From a virus (lineage: Duplodnaviria > Caudoviricetes): DNA of 64,000 nucleotides. Position 1 is the stretch's first letter; each line of letters begins with the position of its first letter. The stretch lies in the IMG/VR virus record IMGVR_UViG_3300028549_000507, positions 136,252 to 200,251 of that record; one strand, given 5' to 3'. Shown here piece after piece: positions 29,976 through 41,200 of the stretch. A program made the position numbers and the translations under genes. The notes under the pieces were generated by a model. It was not told the DNA's origin. It made no database searches and saw nothing but the letters and a program-made list of their open reading frames with translations.

Positions 29976-32900
29976 CTACACCAATCGACCAATCAAACTC
30001 CATTCCTTAGAGTTATCGCCAGATACATTAGCGACATCATTCGGATCTTTGTTAAGACTTGTTTTATTTGCAATAAATACATACGTATTTACTCCATTAT
30101 GTCTAATAACGTTATTACCAATATAATATGTCACAGTAGAACTCCATGTTGAAGGCGTACCTTTAACATTCCAGTCAGCACCTAACCCCATTCTAACATT
30201 GTTATACACAGATGGATCTTTAATTGTCCAGAAATTGGCAGTATACCAAACCCCGTTATAGAAAACCGTGTCACCAAGGTTGTATGGAGCACCTGCAATA
30301 TAGTTAGATGTATACTTATAATTAGGAGTAAGAATACGTTCCCAGTCAGGACTTAAAGTAGATCCAACTTGCGGAATATTTCTAGTCCAATATTTAGCTC
30401 TATACACACCAAGAACTCCATCAACAATATGGAATACAATATATCTAAATCCATCAGCATATTGATACTCCACGTACTGAGTATTATTAGTTCCAGATAT
30501 GGATGCCGTATTGAAATTAAAGTTAACCTGAACATTTCCAGAATTAGTTCCATTCGGAGTATATATTCCGGTAGAAATATTATGAGGAATCATTGGTCCT
30601 ATCTTAGTATATGTATTAGTGGTTGTACCACTCAATATTGTATCAAAATTTGTTTCAGGATCAATCCCTATAATATTATTTACATTTATTCTGTATAGCC
30701 AATATCGTCCATCCCCCCCTTTTTTAATAACAAGTCCATCTGTTATCGAGTAGGTCTTGGAAGATAAATATTGGAAATCATATAATAACTTATCATCAGT
30801 TATAACATTTACGGTAATATTTGACGTAATCGACGTTAACGTATAATCACTAACAGATCCCAAATCAATATTTGTACCATTAATATTAAGTCTAACATTC
30901 AAAATCGCTTTAGTAGTTGATACTGTTATTCTAAAATTATAATCCGAACCAGGGGTCACATTTACAGTTGTACCTGTAACTAGTACATTTGATATATTTT
31001 TAATAGAGTAATCAGATCCACTACTACTAAATGTTATCGACACAGTCGATACCTCAAATACAACAACATATGTTACATTTGCCGTTATATTTGTCAAATT
31101 ATCAGTATGCCCAGCAGTATTTATACCAGTCATAGCAACACCATCTTTAGTAATAGATGCAATTTTATATCCGGAATTCGGTGTAAATACTACACTATTA
31201 CTACTACCGTGATTAACAGATCCTGTACCGGTAACTGTTCCATTTGTCAACGTTCCCGCCGAAATAGTATAAGTAGTAAGTTTAGTATCCATACTAATAC
31301 CAACGTCACCGGAAATATTAGAAAAAGTGTTATCAATAGTAGCACTTGCTAATTGGGTACCCTTGGGATTTCCATTAGCCCCCATCAAGAATAAACCTTT
31401 GGTAGACGTAACGTGATCCTTAATGTATCCGGTATTAAATTTAAACTTAGCATAGAAACTACCGCCAGCATACACTGGAATAACTCTACAGTCATAATTT
31501 ACAGAATTATAAACATGAACTCCTAATGCTCCAGAAGTTATATCAACATCGGAAGCGTCAGTCCATACTCCATTAGGATTTGTAAATAATTTTACATTAT
31601 ATTTTATCTTTTCTTTAAATGCTATAGTGACTCTAAATTGACTAGAGTTTCTATAGTATATAGTATTACCGATCATATAAACGTCTCTAGTATTAGTAGA
31701 GTCGATAATTGTACCGGTAGATCCAACTCTGGCAGGGTCGGTAGAGTATTGTCTAGTCGGGGTATACTGGTGATACATTGTCACATGATCTAACTCATAA
31801 TTTGCATTAGGAGTTATTGTAAATGAAAAATAATCAATCAGATTATAATGTCTCGTAGTCTGAACCAGGCTAGTAGTTCCATTGATAACTGAATCTGGGT
31901 AGATTGTATAATCGATACGAGCGGAAGTTGCATCTATTCTATATAAATCGTTAGTTCCTACAACAAACGTATAAGTCTTAACTCCCCAAGAATCACCAAC
32001 GCTTACATCAGCAAACGCAGGACCTGACGCATCAATTGTATTTGTAATTTTTACATTTGTTACACTATAATAATCCAAATGAACAAACGAGGGTGTCAAT
32101 GTTACAGTTACAGAAGTTCCCTCTTCTATCATAATATCTTTAACAGACGGATCTTGTCCGTTAATTGTGATAGTATGCTTTTGAGTAGAATTCTCATCAA
32201 TCAACAATACTCTTCGTTTAGGTATAGGAATTAATTCTTGGTTAACCGTAACGGATTCATCGGAGGTTACATTTGTAAAATCAAATGTATATGCAGTAGT
32301 TCTTCCTCCAACAAAATCAACACGAGTTCTATTTGAAAATACTATAGATGTCATTCTAGATCCAGGAGTTGGAGCAAATGACGCAGAAAATGTATTACCA
32401 AATCTAACCGTATGAGCACCATTACTAGTACCAACACTATTTCCAGACACATTTATCGAATAATTAACTATTGCAACATCATCAGTTTCAACTAAGAACT
32501 TGCAATCTTCAATAATATTATCAACCGTAACTTTTACAAGTTTACCCGATATAGGAACTGTTTCATTCACAGGGGTATTATTCGAGTACAATATTCTTAT
32601 AACCGAATCATCCGGCCTTAACAATTTTACAGTTTTAACATATTTTGTAATCGCCGGAGAAATCGTCATCTCAGGACTATCTTCTCCATAAAACAAATCA
32701 TAGTATAGATTCGTGGGAGAAATAGAATGAGATGTAGGTGATCCCGAAACCATAGTAAGTCTAACAGGAATTTTCTCACATAATGGCATTATAGTTTTGT
32801 TTGTAGTAATATTTATTATAGTGTGGTATATATTAGAAGTACTTACCACAATCGATCCGTCTATAAGATATCCGGTAAGTCTATACCCAAGAGTCATAGT

Positions 32901-35900
32901 TACATCAAATGTTAACGAATTACCATATTCAACAATATTATTTCCCAATGGAGATATTGTACAACCCTCATTATTTTGAGAATTAACCGTAAATACCCTG
33001 GTCACATATGATACAGTTATATTATAATTGGATCTAACATTTGTTATTGTTATAGTTTTACTAGCTTCATCAAAAACGTAAGTTCCACCTGTAACCGAGA
33101 TAGTATCATATCGATATTTATCAATAGCACTTATCTGAAATGATAGATTGCTACCTTCATCTATTTCAAATGATCCTTCACCGTTATTCAATTCATCCAC
33201 AGTACAATTGATAGCACTTACACTTATATAATGCTTTTCGGGCGGTATAATAACAAATGATGCGGTAATAGTTATCGCAGAAATTACATTTGGAATAGTA
33301 ATATTACCATTTGTAATTGCCTGAGATACTCCATTTATAACTATAGTGTTAAGTTTGTACCCAGCATCAGGAACAAGATTCAAATCAATACTATCACCAT
33401 GCTCAACAGTAATTTTACCAGAAGAAATTGTATGCGAGTTAACATTGATAGTTCCAAGTGGTACAGTAGGGATAGTTATCTCATATGTTTTCTTTGCACA
33501 CGTCACTTCTAGGTAGATATTAGTATCACTTATAGTATAATCTTTATCGACATTATAAAATGATATATCATTACCTTGTCTTATAATTCTACCATATATA
33601 GGATTTCTAAAATCCGAACCATCAATAAGACTAAGGTATCCCAACCCAGTCTGAGCTCTTACTGTATATTCTGGTTTAAAACCTTCCAATACTTGTATAT
33701 TAAATGATTTAAAACTATCTTTATTTATAACAAATTCGCCAACTTCCATATTATAACCAACACCAGAGAATGTTGTTACTTTATATGGAGTTAATGGAAT
33801 TTCTTCAATATTGAAGATTATATTATAAGCCATCTTGATATCTGATATTATAAGTCTATTTGTCAAAATAGTTATATTCCCAGAACTGGCTGTGTATATC
33901 GTTCCATTTATACTTATATTCTTTACAGCATTTCCGAATTTAGGATCCAAATATATCTCTATACTAGAATCTTCTGTAAGACGATTGTTACTCAGTCCGG
34001 TTGGTTCTGAAATATAGTTTAGCATCAGTATATCAGAAACACTCAATGTCAGATCATATTTAGCTTTAGGGATTACTATTAAATCTATGGAAATATGAGT
34101 ATCTTCCATTATATTCTCTAATATAAATAGATCAGTAATGAAATTTATTTTAGAGTTATCTAAAAGTTGACCATTTACATAAATTTTTTCAAGATAATAT
34201 CCGTCGTCAGGAATTACCTTATAAGTCAAATTTTGACCAGGCAATACATATCTTGTAACAAAGTTTTCAATACTACCATTAGAAACACTAGCAGTAACTT
34301 CATACATTGAAACATTATCAACCTCCGTAACGATATCTATGATAATATCAGACGTAACATTTTCAAGATATATATTGTCGGATATAGGTTTATTAAAACC
34401 ATTAACCATTATTGACGTTATAGAATATCCAAGTTCAACCTGTACCTTTACATCCATATTCCCACCATCAATGACATTGAATTCATTTTTTGGGAATACT
34501 ATGAAATTGGAACCATTAACTTTAACATTCCAATATTTAAACTCATCAACAGATATCGATGCTTGATTAAATAATGATGTTTGGTTATCATATTCTTTAA
34601 CTACACTTCCGAAAATATTCTCAGAGTCAGCCTTTGACACGTGTTTTATAGTCAATTCGTCAAATTCAAAATTATCAAGTATCTCAGTTTCAATTGTGAT
34701 AATTCCGGAGAAATCATCAGGAATACTAAAGAATGTGCCATTTATACTCAATAATGAATTAGTGGACGGTTGAACATTCACATTATTCAGAAGTAAAGAT
34801 AATGCATTAGGAATAATTTTACTTTGAATAGAACCATTTGTATCTACATTATCATAACAGAATGGTATAATTGCTCTATCGAGTATACTCAAATCCTTAG
34901 ATTTTGTTATAGAGTAATCTTCCATATCATTGTATTCAAGATTACTTCTCATATAGAATATATTATTACCCGAATACATCCCACATTTTCCAATTTCACG
35001 TATAATGTAATCAGGAATTTTCATAGTATTCAATCTAAACTCTACATCATTTACTTTAGAGTAAATATATACAGTAGTCTTATAACAGGCTGTAGAATTA
35101 TCTAGCTTACAATATGATTTTATAAACGCATCATTTTCAGCTATAAGCTCATTTATTGTATATTTTCTAACGAGAGAAGAATCTCTTAATTCAACATTAC
35201 TTATATTCAATTTAGTAGATTCATTTGAAGTTATCCGAATATCATTACCATCGGTTAGTCTTGAATTTTTCAATTTCATATTAGTATTTTCAACTGTCGA
35301 AATATCAAACCCAACGTGATCTATAATATTTGACACATTTGAATAATCTACAAGTTCAAAACTATCTCTAAATGTTATAGAGTTATCTCTAAACGAAGCA
35401 TATATCTCAGTATCAACAACAAACTTCAATATAGAATCTGTTGCAATTCCCGGGATAGAACTATCTCTGCCAAATGAATTAGTAACTTCAAATAAACCAG
35501 ACTCACTAGGTATTATTCCTGAATATGAGAAGTCTATTATATCATGTATTTCAGAGTTTTTACCATAGAATGTATCAATAGAAATATCTTCTACATAAAG
35601 ATATATGAAATCTTTATCATATTTCAATCCGAGTTTAATAGATGGTTCAAATTTACCATTATCAGAACTCTTCAATATATATGACACATCGATAGTATTT
35701 ATAAGATCATCAGTTATACATATAGTACCGTAAAATCTCTTAGTGAAATTTGAAAAGTTACCAGATGAAATTACCAATGTATTTCCATCGTAAACTTTCA
35801 ACGATTGGTCTTTGGAATTTATCTTAAAAGAAAAATCTAAAGAGTATACATATTTGTCTCTTTCGATTTTTAAACATTTGGAGTAATTCAACTCTTTATC

Positions 35901-36437
35901 AAACATCTTTAACATTATCCCCTTAGTTCCACCGGAGATACTATGTATATTCAAACTATTTATAGAGGATAAGTTTAGAGATACCATATTAGAAAAATCT
36001 CTTATAGAACTTCTAAGAATAGAATCATCATCTATGAAATTAAAATTTGGAAGATTCTCCGAAACAATGATAGGTTGATCTATATTTGATAGATACCCCA
36101 TAACTCTATCTTTGTTTCTACTTGCAAATGCGGGACTATCACCACGATATCTATCCATCAATACCGAGAGACCTTCGAGTGCTGAGAAACTATTTACAAA
36201 TATATTTATAGCATCCGTATTTAGGGATTTGTGATTATTTATAAATGATATAGTGTCTGCTACTATAGAATTTATATCAAAATTTATAAGATCTCCGAGG
36301 ATATTTGACTTATAATTACCTATGCGATTTAGAGCATCATCGAACTTCTGCTCTATCACATCTATCTCGTGACTAATACGAGTTCCAGAATGGATTAACT
36401 CGGATTCTTCACTTTTGAGTTGAAGATTTGTACTCAT
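29976..36437 (-). CDS. Giant tail fibre / adhesin with about 14 divergent InlB B-like repeats and C-terminal CBM5/12-like modules
   Basis: Repeats like YTISAGTLTNGTVTGTGSVNHGSSNSVVFTPNSGYKIASITKDG; C-terminal YNLGDTVFYNGVWYTANFWT and WSSTVTYYIGNNV; start moved to the ATG after GAGG (track start 36449). Confidence 0.8.
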   Translation of the reverse strand: MSTNLQLKSEESELIHSGTRISHEIDVIEQKFDDALNRIGNYKSNILGDLINFDINSIVADTISFINNHKSLNTDAINIFVNSFSALEGLSVLMDRYRGDSPAFASRNKDRVMGYLSNIDQPIIVSENLPNFNFIDDDSILRSSIRDFSNMVSLNLSSINSLNIHSISGGTKGIMLKMFDKELNYSKCLKIERDKYVYSLDFSFKINSKDQSLKVYDGNTLVISSGNFSNFTKRFYGTICITDDLINTIDVSYILKSSDNGKFEPSIKLGLKYDKDFIYLYVEDISIDTFYGKNSEIHDIIDFSYSGIIPSESGLFEVTNSFGRDSSIPGIATDSILKFVVDTEIYASFRDNSITFRDSFELVDYSNVSNIIDHVGFDISTVENTNMKLKNSRLTDGNDIRITSNESTKLNISNVELRDSSLVRKYTINELIAENDAFIKSYCKLDNSTACYKTTVYIYSKVNDVEFRLNTMKIPDYIIREIGKCGMYSGNNIFYMRSNLEYNDMEDYSITKSKDLSILDRAIIPFCYDNVDTNGSIQSKIIPNALSLLLNNVNVQPSTNSLLSINGTFFSIPDDFSGIITIETEILDNFEFDELTIKHVSKADSENIFGSVVKEYDNQTSLFNQASISVDEFKYWNVKVNGSNFIVFPKNEFNVIDGGNMDVKVQVELGYSITSIMVNGFNKPISDNIYLENVTSDIIIDIVTEVDNVSMYEVTASVSNGSIENFVTRYVLPGQNLTYKVIPDDGYYLEKIYVNGQLLDNSKINFITDLFILENIMEDTHISIDLIVIPKAKYDLTLSVSDILMLNYISEPTGLSNNRLTEDSSIEIYLDPKFGNAVKNISINGTIYTASSGNITILTNRLIISDIKMAYNIIFNIEEIPLTPYKVTTFSGVGYNMEVGEFVINKDSFKSFNIQVLEGFKPEYTVRAQTGLGYLSLIDGSDFRNPIYGRIIRQGNDISFYNVDKDYTISDTNIYLEVTCAKKTYEITIPTVPLGTINVNSHTISSGKITVEHGDSIDLNLVPDAGYKLNTIVINGVSQAITNGNITIPNVISAITITASFVIIPPEKHYISVSAINCTVDELNNGEGSFEIDEGSNLSFQISAIDKYRYDTISVTGGTYVFDEASKTITITNVRSNYNITVSYVTRVFTVNSQNNEGCTISPLGNNIVEYGNSLTFDVTMTLGYRLTGYLIDGSIVVSTSNIYHTIINITTNKTIMPLCEKIPVRLTMVSGSPTSHSISPTNLYYDLFYGEDSPEMTISPAITKYVKTVKLLRPDDSVIRILYSNNTPVNETVPISGKLVKVTVDNIIEDCKFLVETDDVAIVNYSINVSGNSVGTSNGAHTVRFGNTFSASFAPTPGSRMTSIVFSNRTRVDFVGGRTTAYTFDFTNVTSDESVTVNQELIPIPKRRVLLIDENSTQKHTITINGQDPSVKDIMIEEGTSVTVTLTPSFVHLDYYSVTNVKITNTIDASGPAFADVSVGDSWGVKTYTFVVGTNDLYRIDATSARIDYTIYPDSVINGTTSLVQTTRHYNLIDYFSFTITPNANYELDHVTMYHQYTPTRQYSTDPARVGSTGTIIDSTNTRDVYMIGNTIYYRNSSQFRVTIAFKEKIKYNVKLFTNPNGVWTDASDVDITSGALGVHVYNSVNYDCRVIPVYAGGSFYAKFKFNTGYIKDHVTSTKGLFLMGANGNPKGTQLASATIDNTFSNISGDVGISMDTKLTTYTISAGTLTNGTVTGTGSVNHGSSNSVVFTPNSGYKIASITKDGVAMTGINTAGHTDNLTNITANVTYVVVFEVSTVSITFSSSGSDYSIKNISNVLVTGTTVNVTPGSDYNFRITVSTTKAILNVRLNINGTNIDLGSVSDYTLTSITSNITVNVITDDKLLYDFQYLSSKTYSITDGLVIKKGGDGRYWLYRINVNNIIGIDPETNFDTILSGTTTNTYTKIGPMIPHNISTGIYTPNGTNSGNVQVNFNFNTASISGTNNTQYVEYQYADGFRYIVFHIVDGVLGVYRAKYWTRNIPQVGSTLSPDWERILTPNYKYTSNYIAGAPYNLGDTVFYNGVWYTANFWTIKDPSVYNNVRMGLGADWNVKGTPSTWSSTVTYYIGNNVIRHNGVNTYVFIANKTSLNKDPNDVANVSGDNSKEWSLIGRLV

Positions 36438-36469
36438 TAACAACCTCACGATTCATTTAATAATGTTAC

Positions 36470-36503
36470 CATTTAAATGTTTCGATATCAAAACATCTTA
36501 TTG
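36470..36503. promoter_or_regulatory. Back-to-back divergent late-type promoters
   Basis: Minus AACA TTTAAA TG (36470-36481); plus AACA TCTTAT TG (36492-36503). Confidence 0.65.
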
Positions 36504-36532
36504 ATAACAATTATAATCAATAGGCGGATAAT

Positions 36533-38206
36533 ATGGAATATGAAAGATATGAAGGATTGCAAGATAACGGCTCCTATGTATTTGAAGAAGAAGTTAAATT
36601 ACGTTTAAAAAATCTAGAACTATCAATCCCCTCCTCCGACAGTATTATAGATGATTTAAATGATATTAAAAAGTATACAAAAGATAAACATGAGGAATTG
36701 CTAACTTTACTTAGTAACTTTCCAAAATCAAAAATGCATGTTAGAAGAATTATAAAAGAAGGTCTAACTGCATCATCAAGATTATATATACACGATGCAA
36801 AATTAAACTCCGACTTGGAGTTTAAAAATTCTAGTTCAGGAATCATGAAAACAAATGATGGATCCGCAATTATTACAGGTGGCCGGTTTGTATTTGCAAG
36901 TGATACTAAGATATATAATTTATTCGATGTAATAGAAAATTCAACATTCAAATTGACGATTTCTACCCCAATGAGTACATTCAAAGGAATAGTTTCAGTA
37001 GGAATTACAAATGGACAATATCTTTCACAAATATTCTTTGCAGATAGTAATGAATGTTCTATAAAAGTTCCTTTTAAGATATATGCATATTTTAAAAATT
37101 ATGCAAGTGAGCCTGATAGAGTAACTATTGGAGTATCATATAATACAAATCAGATGCTCGACAATGAATCTGTCACATACTCGTCAATACTTCCATTATA
37201 TTATGAGGTTCAACCGATATTCGGAAGAGTTAATGGTTTACACTTATCATTTGATAATTCAAAACAAGTCGTATATAGGGAAGATTTATACCTCATTGGT
37301 ATGGGTGATTTGACAAATTGCGGTCACGGTCCTATAGATATAGACTATATCACAGAGAAACCTATATCTCCTCAATACTATAGATCTGGATATACTGATG
37401 AGGCTGTCACCGATCTAAAGAAATATAGAAGTAATACAAATTCTAAAGTTTTGAGATTTAAAGTTGTTCCACAAGATATGAATTCCGAGTTAGCTGACTC
37501 TCATGTATTAAGAGCTACATTCGGAAATTCTAATTTTGATATGTATAACTTAATGAAAAGCGTATATGATTTTTCCACAAATGTATATTACAAATGTACA
37601 GGAATCATTGTTGTTGATGGAAATATAATACCCGTAATAGGGTTTAAGTTATCACATTCATTGGGTAAAGTTTCATTTAAAATTTCGGAAACTTATAAAT
37701 TAAAAGTGAAAACTTTAAATATAAGTAACGGACTTACTCAAGGGAAAATTCAACCAAACATAGATTTTAGAACAAATATAAAATCACCAGTATCATTAGA
37801 TCCGGGTGGGATGTTTGGTGACGTGAATATTAATGCGATTGGTAAGTCTTTCCTTCATAGAAATTATAGAAATAGCTTAGAGTACAATCTTTCTCTAGTA
37901 GATATTAATATAATACTAGAGGATTCAGGTAGTCTTCTTTCTAAGTTTGGAAATCGTAAAGGTGCCAACTTTAGATATAGTGGAGATTTTGATAGATATA
38001 ATTATAATTTCGACATGCATGATCACGACTCATATCCATATCCAGGAAGTGATAGAGATATAAATGATGACCTTAATGCATATGTTGAAATTCCATCATT
38101 AAATCCAGAAGCACTAACCCTTTCAGATATAGATTCTGATGGGTATCTTACATGGACTGATGATGAGGATGATTTTATAACATTTACTAGTAACAAAGTT
38201 AAATAG
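36533..38206 (+). CDS. Putative tail-associated structural protein
   Basis: 557 aa; N-terminal helical segment; first gene of the plus-strand tail operon. Confidence 0.7.
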   Translation: MEYERYEGLQDNGSYVFEEEVKLRLKNLELSIPSSDSIIDDLNDIKKYTKDKHEELLTLLSNFPKSKMHVRRIIKEGLTASSRLYIHDAKLNSDLEFKNSSSGIMKTNDGSAIITGGRFVFASDTKIYNLFDVIENSTFKLTISTPMSTFKGIVSVGITNGQYLSQIFFADSNECSIKVPFKIYAYFKNYASEPDRVTIGVSYNTNQMLDNESVTYSSILPLYYEVQPIFGRVNGLHLSFDNSKQVVYREDLYLIGMGDLTNCGHGPIDIDYITEKPISPQYYRSGYTDEAVTDLKKYRSNTNSKVLRFKVVPQDMNSELADSHVLRATFGNSNFDMYNLMKSVYDFSTNVYYKCTGIIVVDGNIIPVIGFKLSHSLGKVSFKISETYKLKVKTLNISNGLTQGKIQPNIDFRTNIKSPVSLDPGGMFGDVNINAIGKSFLHRNYRNSLEYNLSLVDINIILEDSGSLLSKFGNRKGANFRYSGDFDRYNYNFDMHDHDSYPYPGSDRDINDDLNAYVEIPSLNPEALTLSDIDSDGYLTWTDDEDDFITFTSNKVK

Positions 38207-38216
38207 GAGATATCTA

Positions 38217-41200
38217 ATGATTAAAAGTAATTTAATGAGTAAAGCTATAGCTTCCTCAATTGGTTTGGAAGATTGGCTATACGTTGTGTTGGGAGATGAT
38301 AATCTCGCAACAAGAGATAAACGTATACAGTTTAAAGATATAGAAAAATCTATCCTCGGAGAAGGTTCGGTTACTTTAACCGAACTTAAAAACGATGATA
38401 TGTTTTATATTGTAAAAACTTCTGACAATAATCTTAGAACCAAGGTTAATGTTGGAACTATTATCGAAAAAGCAATTTCAAAGTATGATGCTGCAAATAA
38501 AGCTTTCGATGATGCAGATACGATAATCGTTGTAGATAAAGATCTTGCGGAAGATAGAAGATTCCAAATTAAAATAGGAGATCTTAGAAAGAGTTTCGAA
38601 GATGGAATGGCAAATCCACATTTTAGAACATTGGCTGTTGGGGCTGTTGAAGATACTCTTGTAAAATTCTTACAGGTAGATATCGATGGTAACCTTACTA
38701 TTGGAGAGGGGAGTGCTGGATCTCCGTATATGAAATTTATTCGGGATGATGGAATAAATATTAATGATTTCGAAATGTTCAAGGGTAATCTTATTATCAA
38801 ATCCGGATCTACTACAGGCACGAAACCGTCTGGCTTTTTCCAAATCGATACAGCTAGTACAAATGCTACAACAATGTATCTTGAAAATGAAACCGATTTT
38901 TCTAAAACAACCGCAGTTGTCAATGATTATGGATTTAACGTCACAAATATTACCAACTCTGGCACATTTATTACGAAGGGACACTCTAAACTTGGAGCAT
39001 ATTCATTGACGTTCTCTTCATTTGATGTTTTGAACTCAAATAATAGTGTTAGTAATAATTTTATCATAAGTAATACTCCAAAATTCATATCCATATCGGT
39101 TGGATCAAATGATCCATTGAGATATAAAGGTGAGTATAATTCGATAGCAAATGGAACACAACTCTATGCTGGTGACGTTGTTCGCTATAACGGACATTAC
39201 AGATGTGCAAGAATAGACCTAATTAGAAATGGTTCAGCAACATTGCCCGGAACTAGTATGGATACATATTGGTATGGGTATGAGCAATTTGTATATTTCC
39301 AAACAGCTTCCCCGAAGTTTACGGTTGATAATTTTGGAGTTGCAAAATTTCAAAACTTCACAATTGACAATTATAAAGTTCCTAATGAATTTTCCATAAT
39401 TGAATTGGATTCTACTGACAATCTCGAAGGATATCAGTTGGCAGATTGGAATTCTATCCTTGTGGGTGATAATTTCTATAAATATAATGTTTTTCTTTCT
39501 AATAATTCATATTGGCAATCGACGAATGCGAATGTAGGATTATATGGATCAATACAGAAATTACCATCTACACCTGCCCCAGGGATGGGTTCTGGGGTAT
39601 GGGCTCGAATCGAAGTTACTAATAAAAGATCTTTTGTAGTTACAAAAACCGATGTTAGAACTGGTATGAAGTTTACTGCTATAGAGGGTATACCGTTTGA
39701 TCAGTATAATGTCAGTACTTCAGGATTCGCATCAACATTGTCTCCTAGATCATTGGAAATAATTTCCGGATCGCGTTGGATGGGAAATTTTGATTTAACT
39801 AAAATTACATCAAATAGTATCGAGATGAAACAATTCATCGGGAATGCTACTGTTGAGACTCGTAGTTCTGGAATACTTTCTATAGGTAGAACTCTAATAA
39901 AACTGGAGTCTGAGGGTGATTTTTATGGAACTGGTGGAATATCGTATCACATTTCTTCAAAAACTGATAACGTTATTGATGGAAAAAAATATAGTAGCGG
40001 ATTCGTTGCTAGATCCGGATTCTATGATGGTGTAGATAGTAATGGGGTGCGTAGAGTATTTGGTGAAGTTCAACATGATAGCAGCGGAATTCGTTTTAGA
40101 CATAGTAATACATCCGGAACAACATTTGTCATGGATGCACTGCTTCACTATGGTGGATTTACATTATATAATGATAATACAAATGTTAAAATTTTAGACA
40201 TTCTTAACAAATATAATTGTGGTAATGTTGGAATATTCAACTCGGATGGTAAATCATTTGGTGAATTTGGTGGGGATGAGTATGCTGGAGGATTCTTAGT
40301 TCTATCATCTAAGAAAGCTGCTGAGGATTTTAGTAGAACATTCTTAGATACTCGAATATATACTATAACTGACAATGAGGATGCGTCCGGTGCCGCGATT
40401 AGAATGTTTGGCGGAATAGGAACTAAAAATACAGACGCACTAGTACCATATAAAACATCTAAAGAATATTTTAAAGATGACCTTGTTGCAGGATATGATG
40501 AATACGGCGAACCTACATATGCTATTTGTACGGCCACAAGTCTTCAATCTTCTACAGATGATATTAATGAAGCCGGATGGTCTATCGTAACAATTGTTGA
40601 TTATAATACCAAATTTATCGGAATAGGCGAGGATGGTCAGGTTTTACCAGGAAATTATGGTCCTACAGCTAATAAACTTTACTTATATAATGGTAAATTG
40701 TATAGAGCATTACTCCCAGCAGGTACAACTTATGGATATACGAGAGTTGTAGATAATACATACACTGTTATGAATGAATGGTGGTATCTGCAAAATCTAC
40801 CGGGGAATAGTCCACTTTCTTGGGAAACTCTTGCTAAATGGGAAATTGAAGAATATCCTTCCATAGTATTAACTACTAGAAAAAATGATGTATTAACAAA
40901 TATACCATATGATAATGAGTCTGAGTCGGATGGTACTGGTTATGGTGGAAATGGTATATTTAAAATATACGCATCGAATAATGGTGGTAAAACTTCTAAA
41001 CGATTGGCATTTAGTATTCATAAAAATACATTAGCATTGTATGATTACAGTATGCCTGTTGATGGTTATAGACAAAATCTTATAACTATCTCAGGAATGT
41101 ATAGATATGGAAGTAATGGATTAGAAGGTGATACTACTACTCGTGATAAAGAGATTTTTTCCGGTATAAGTGTTTATTCTAGAGGTATGGAAGAACATGT

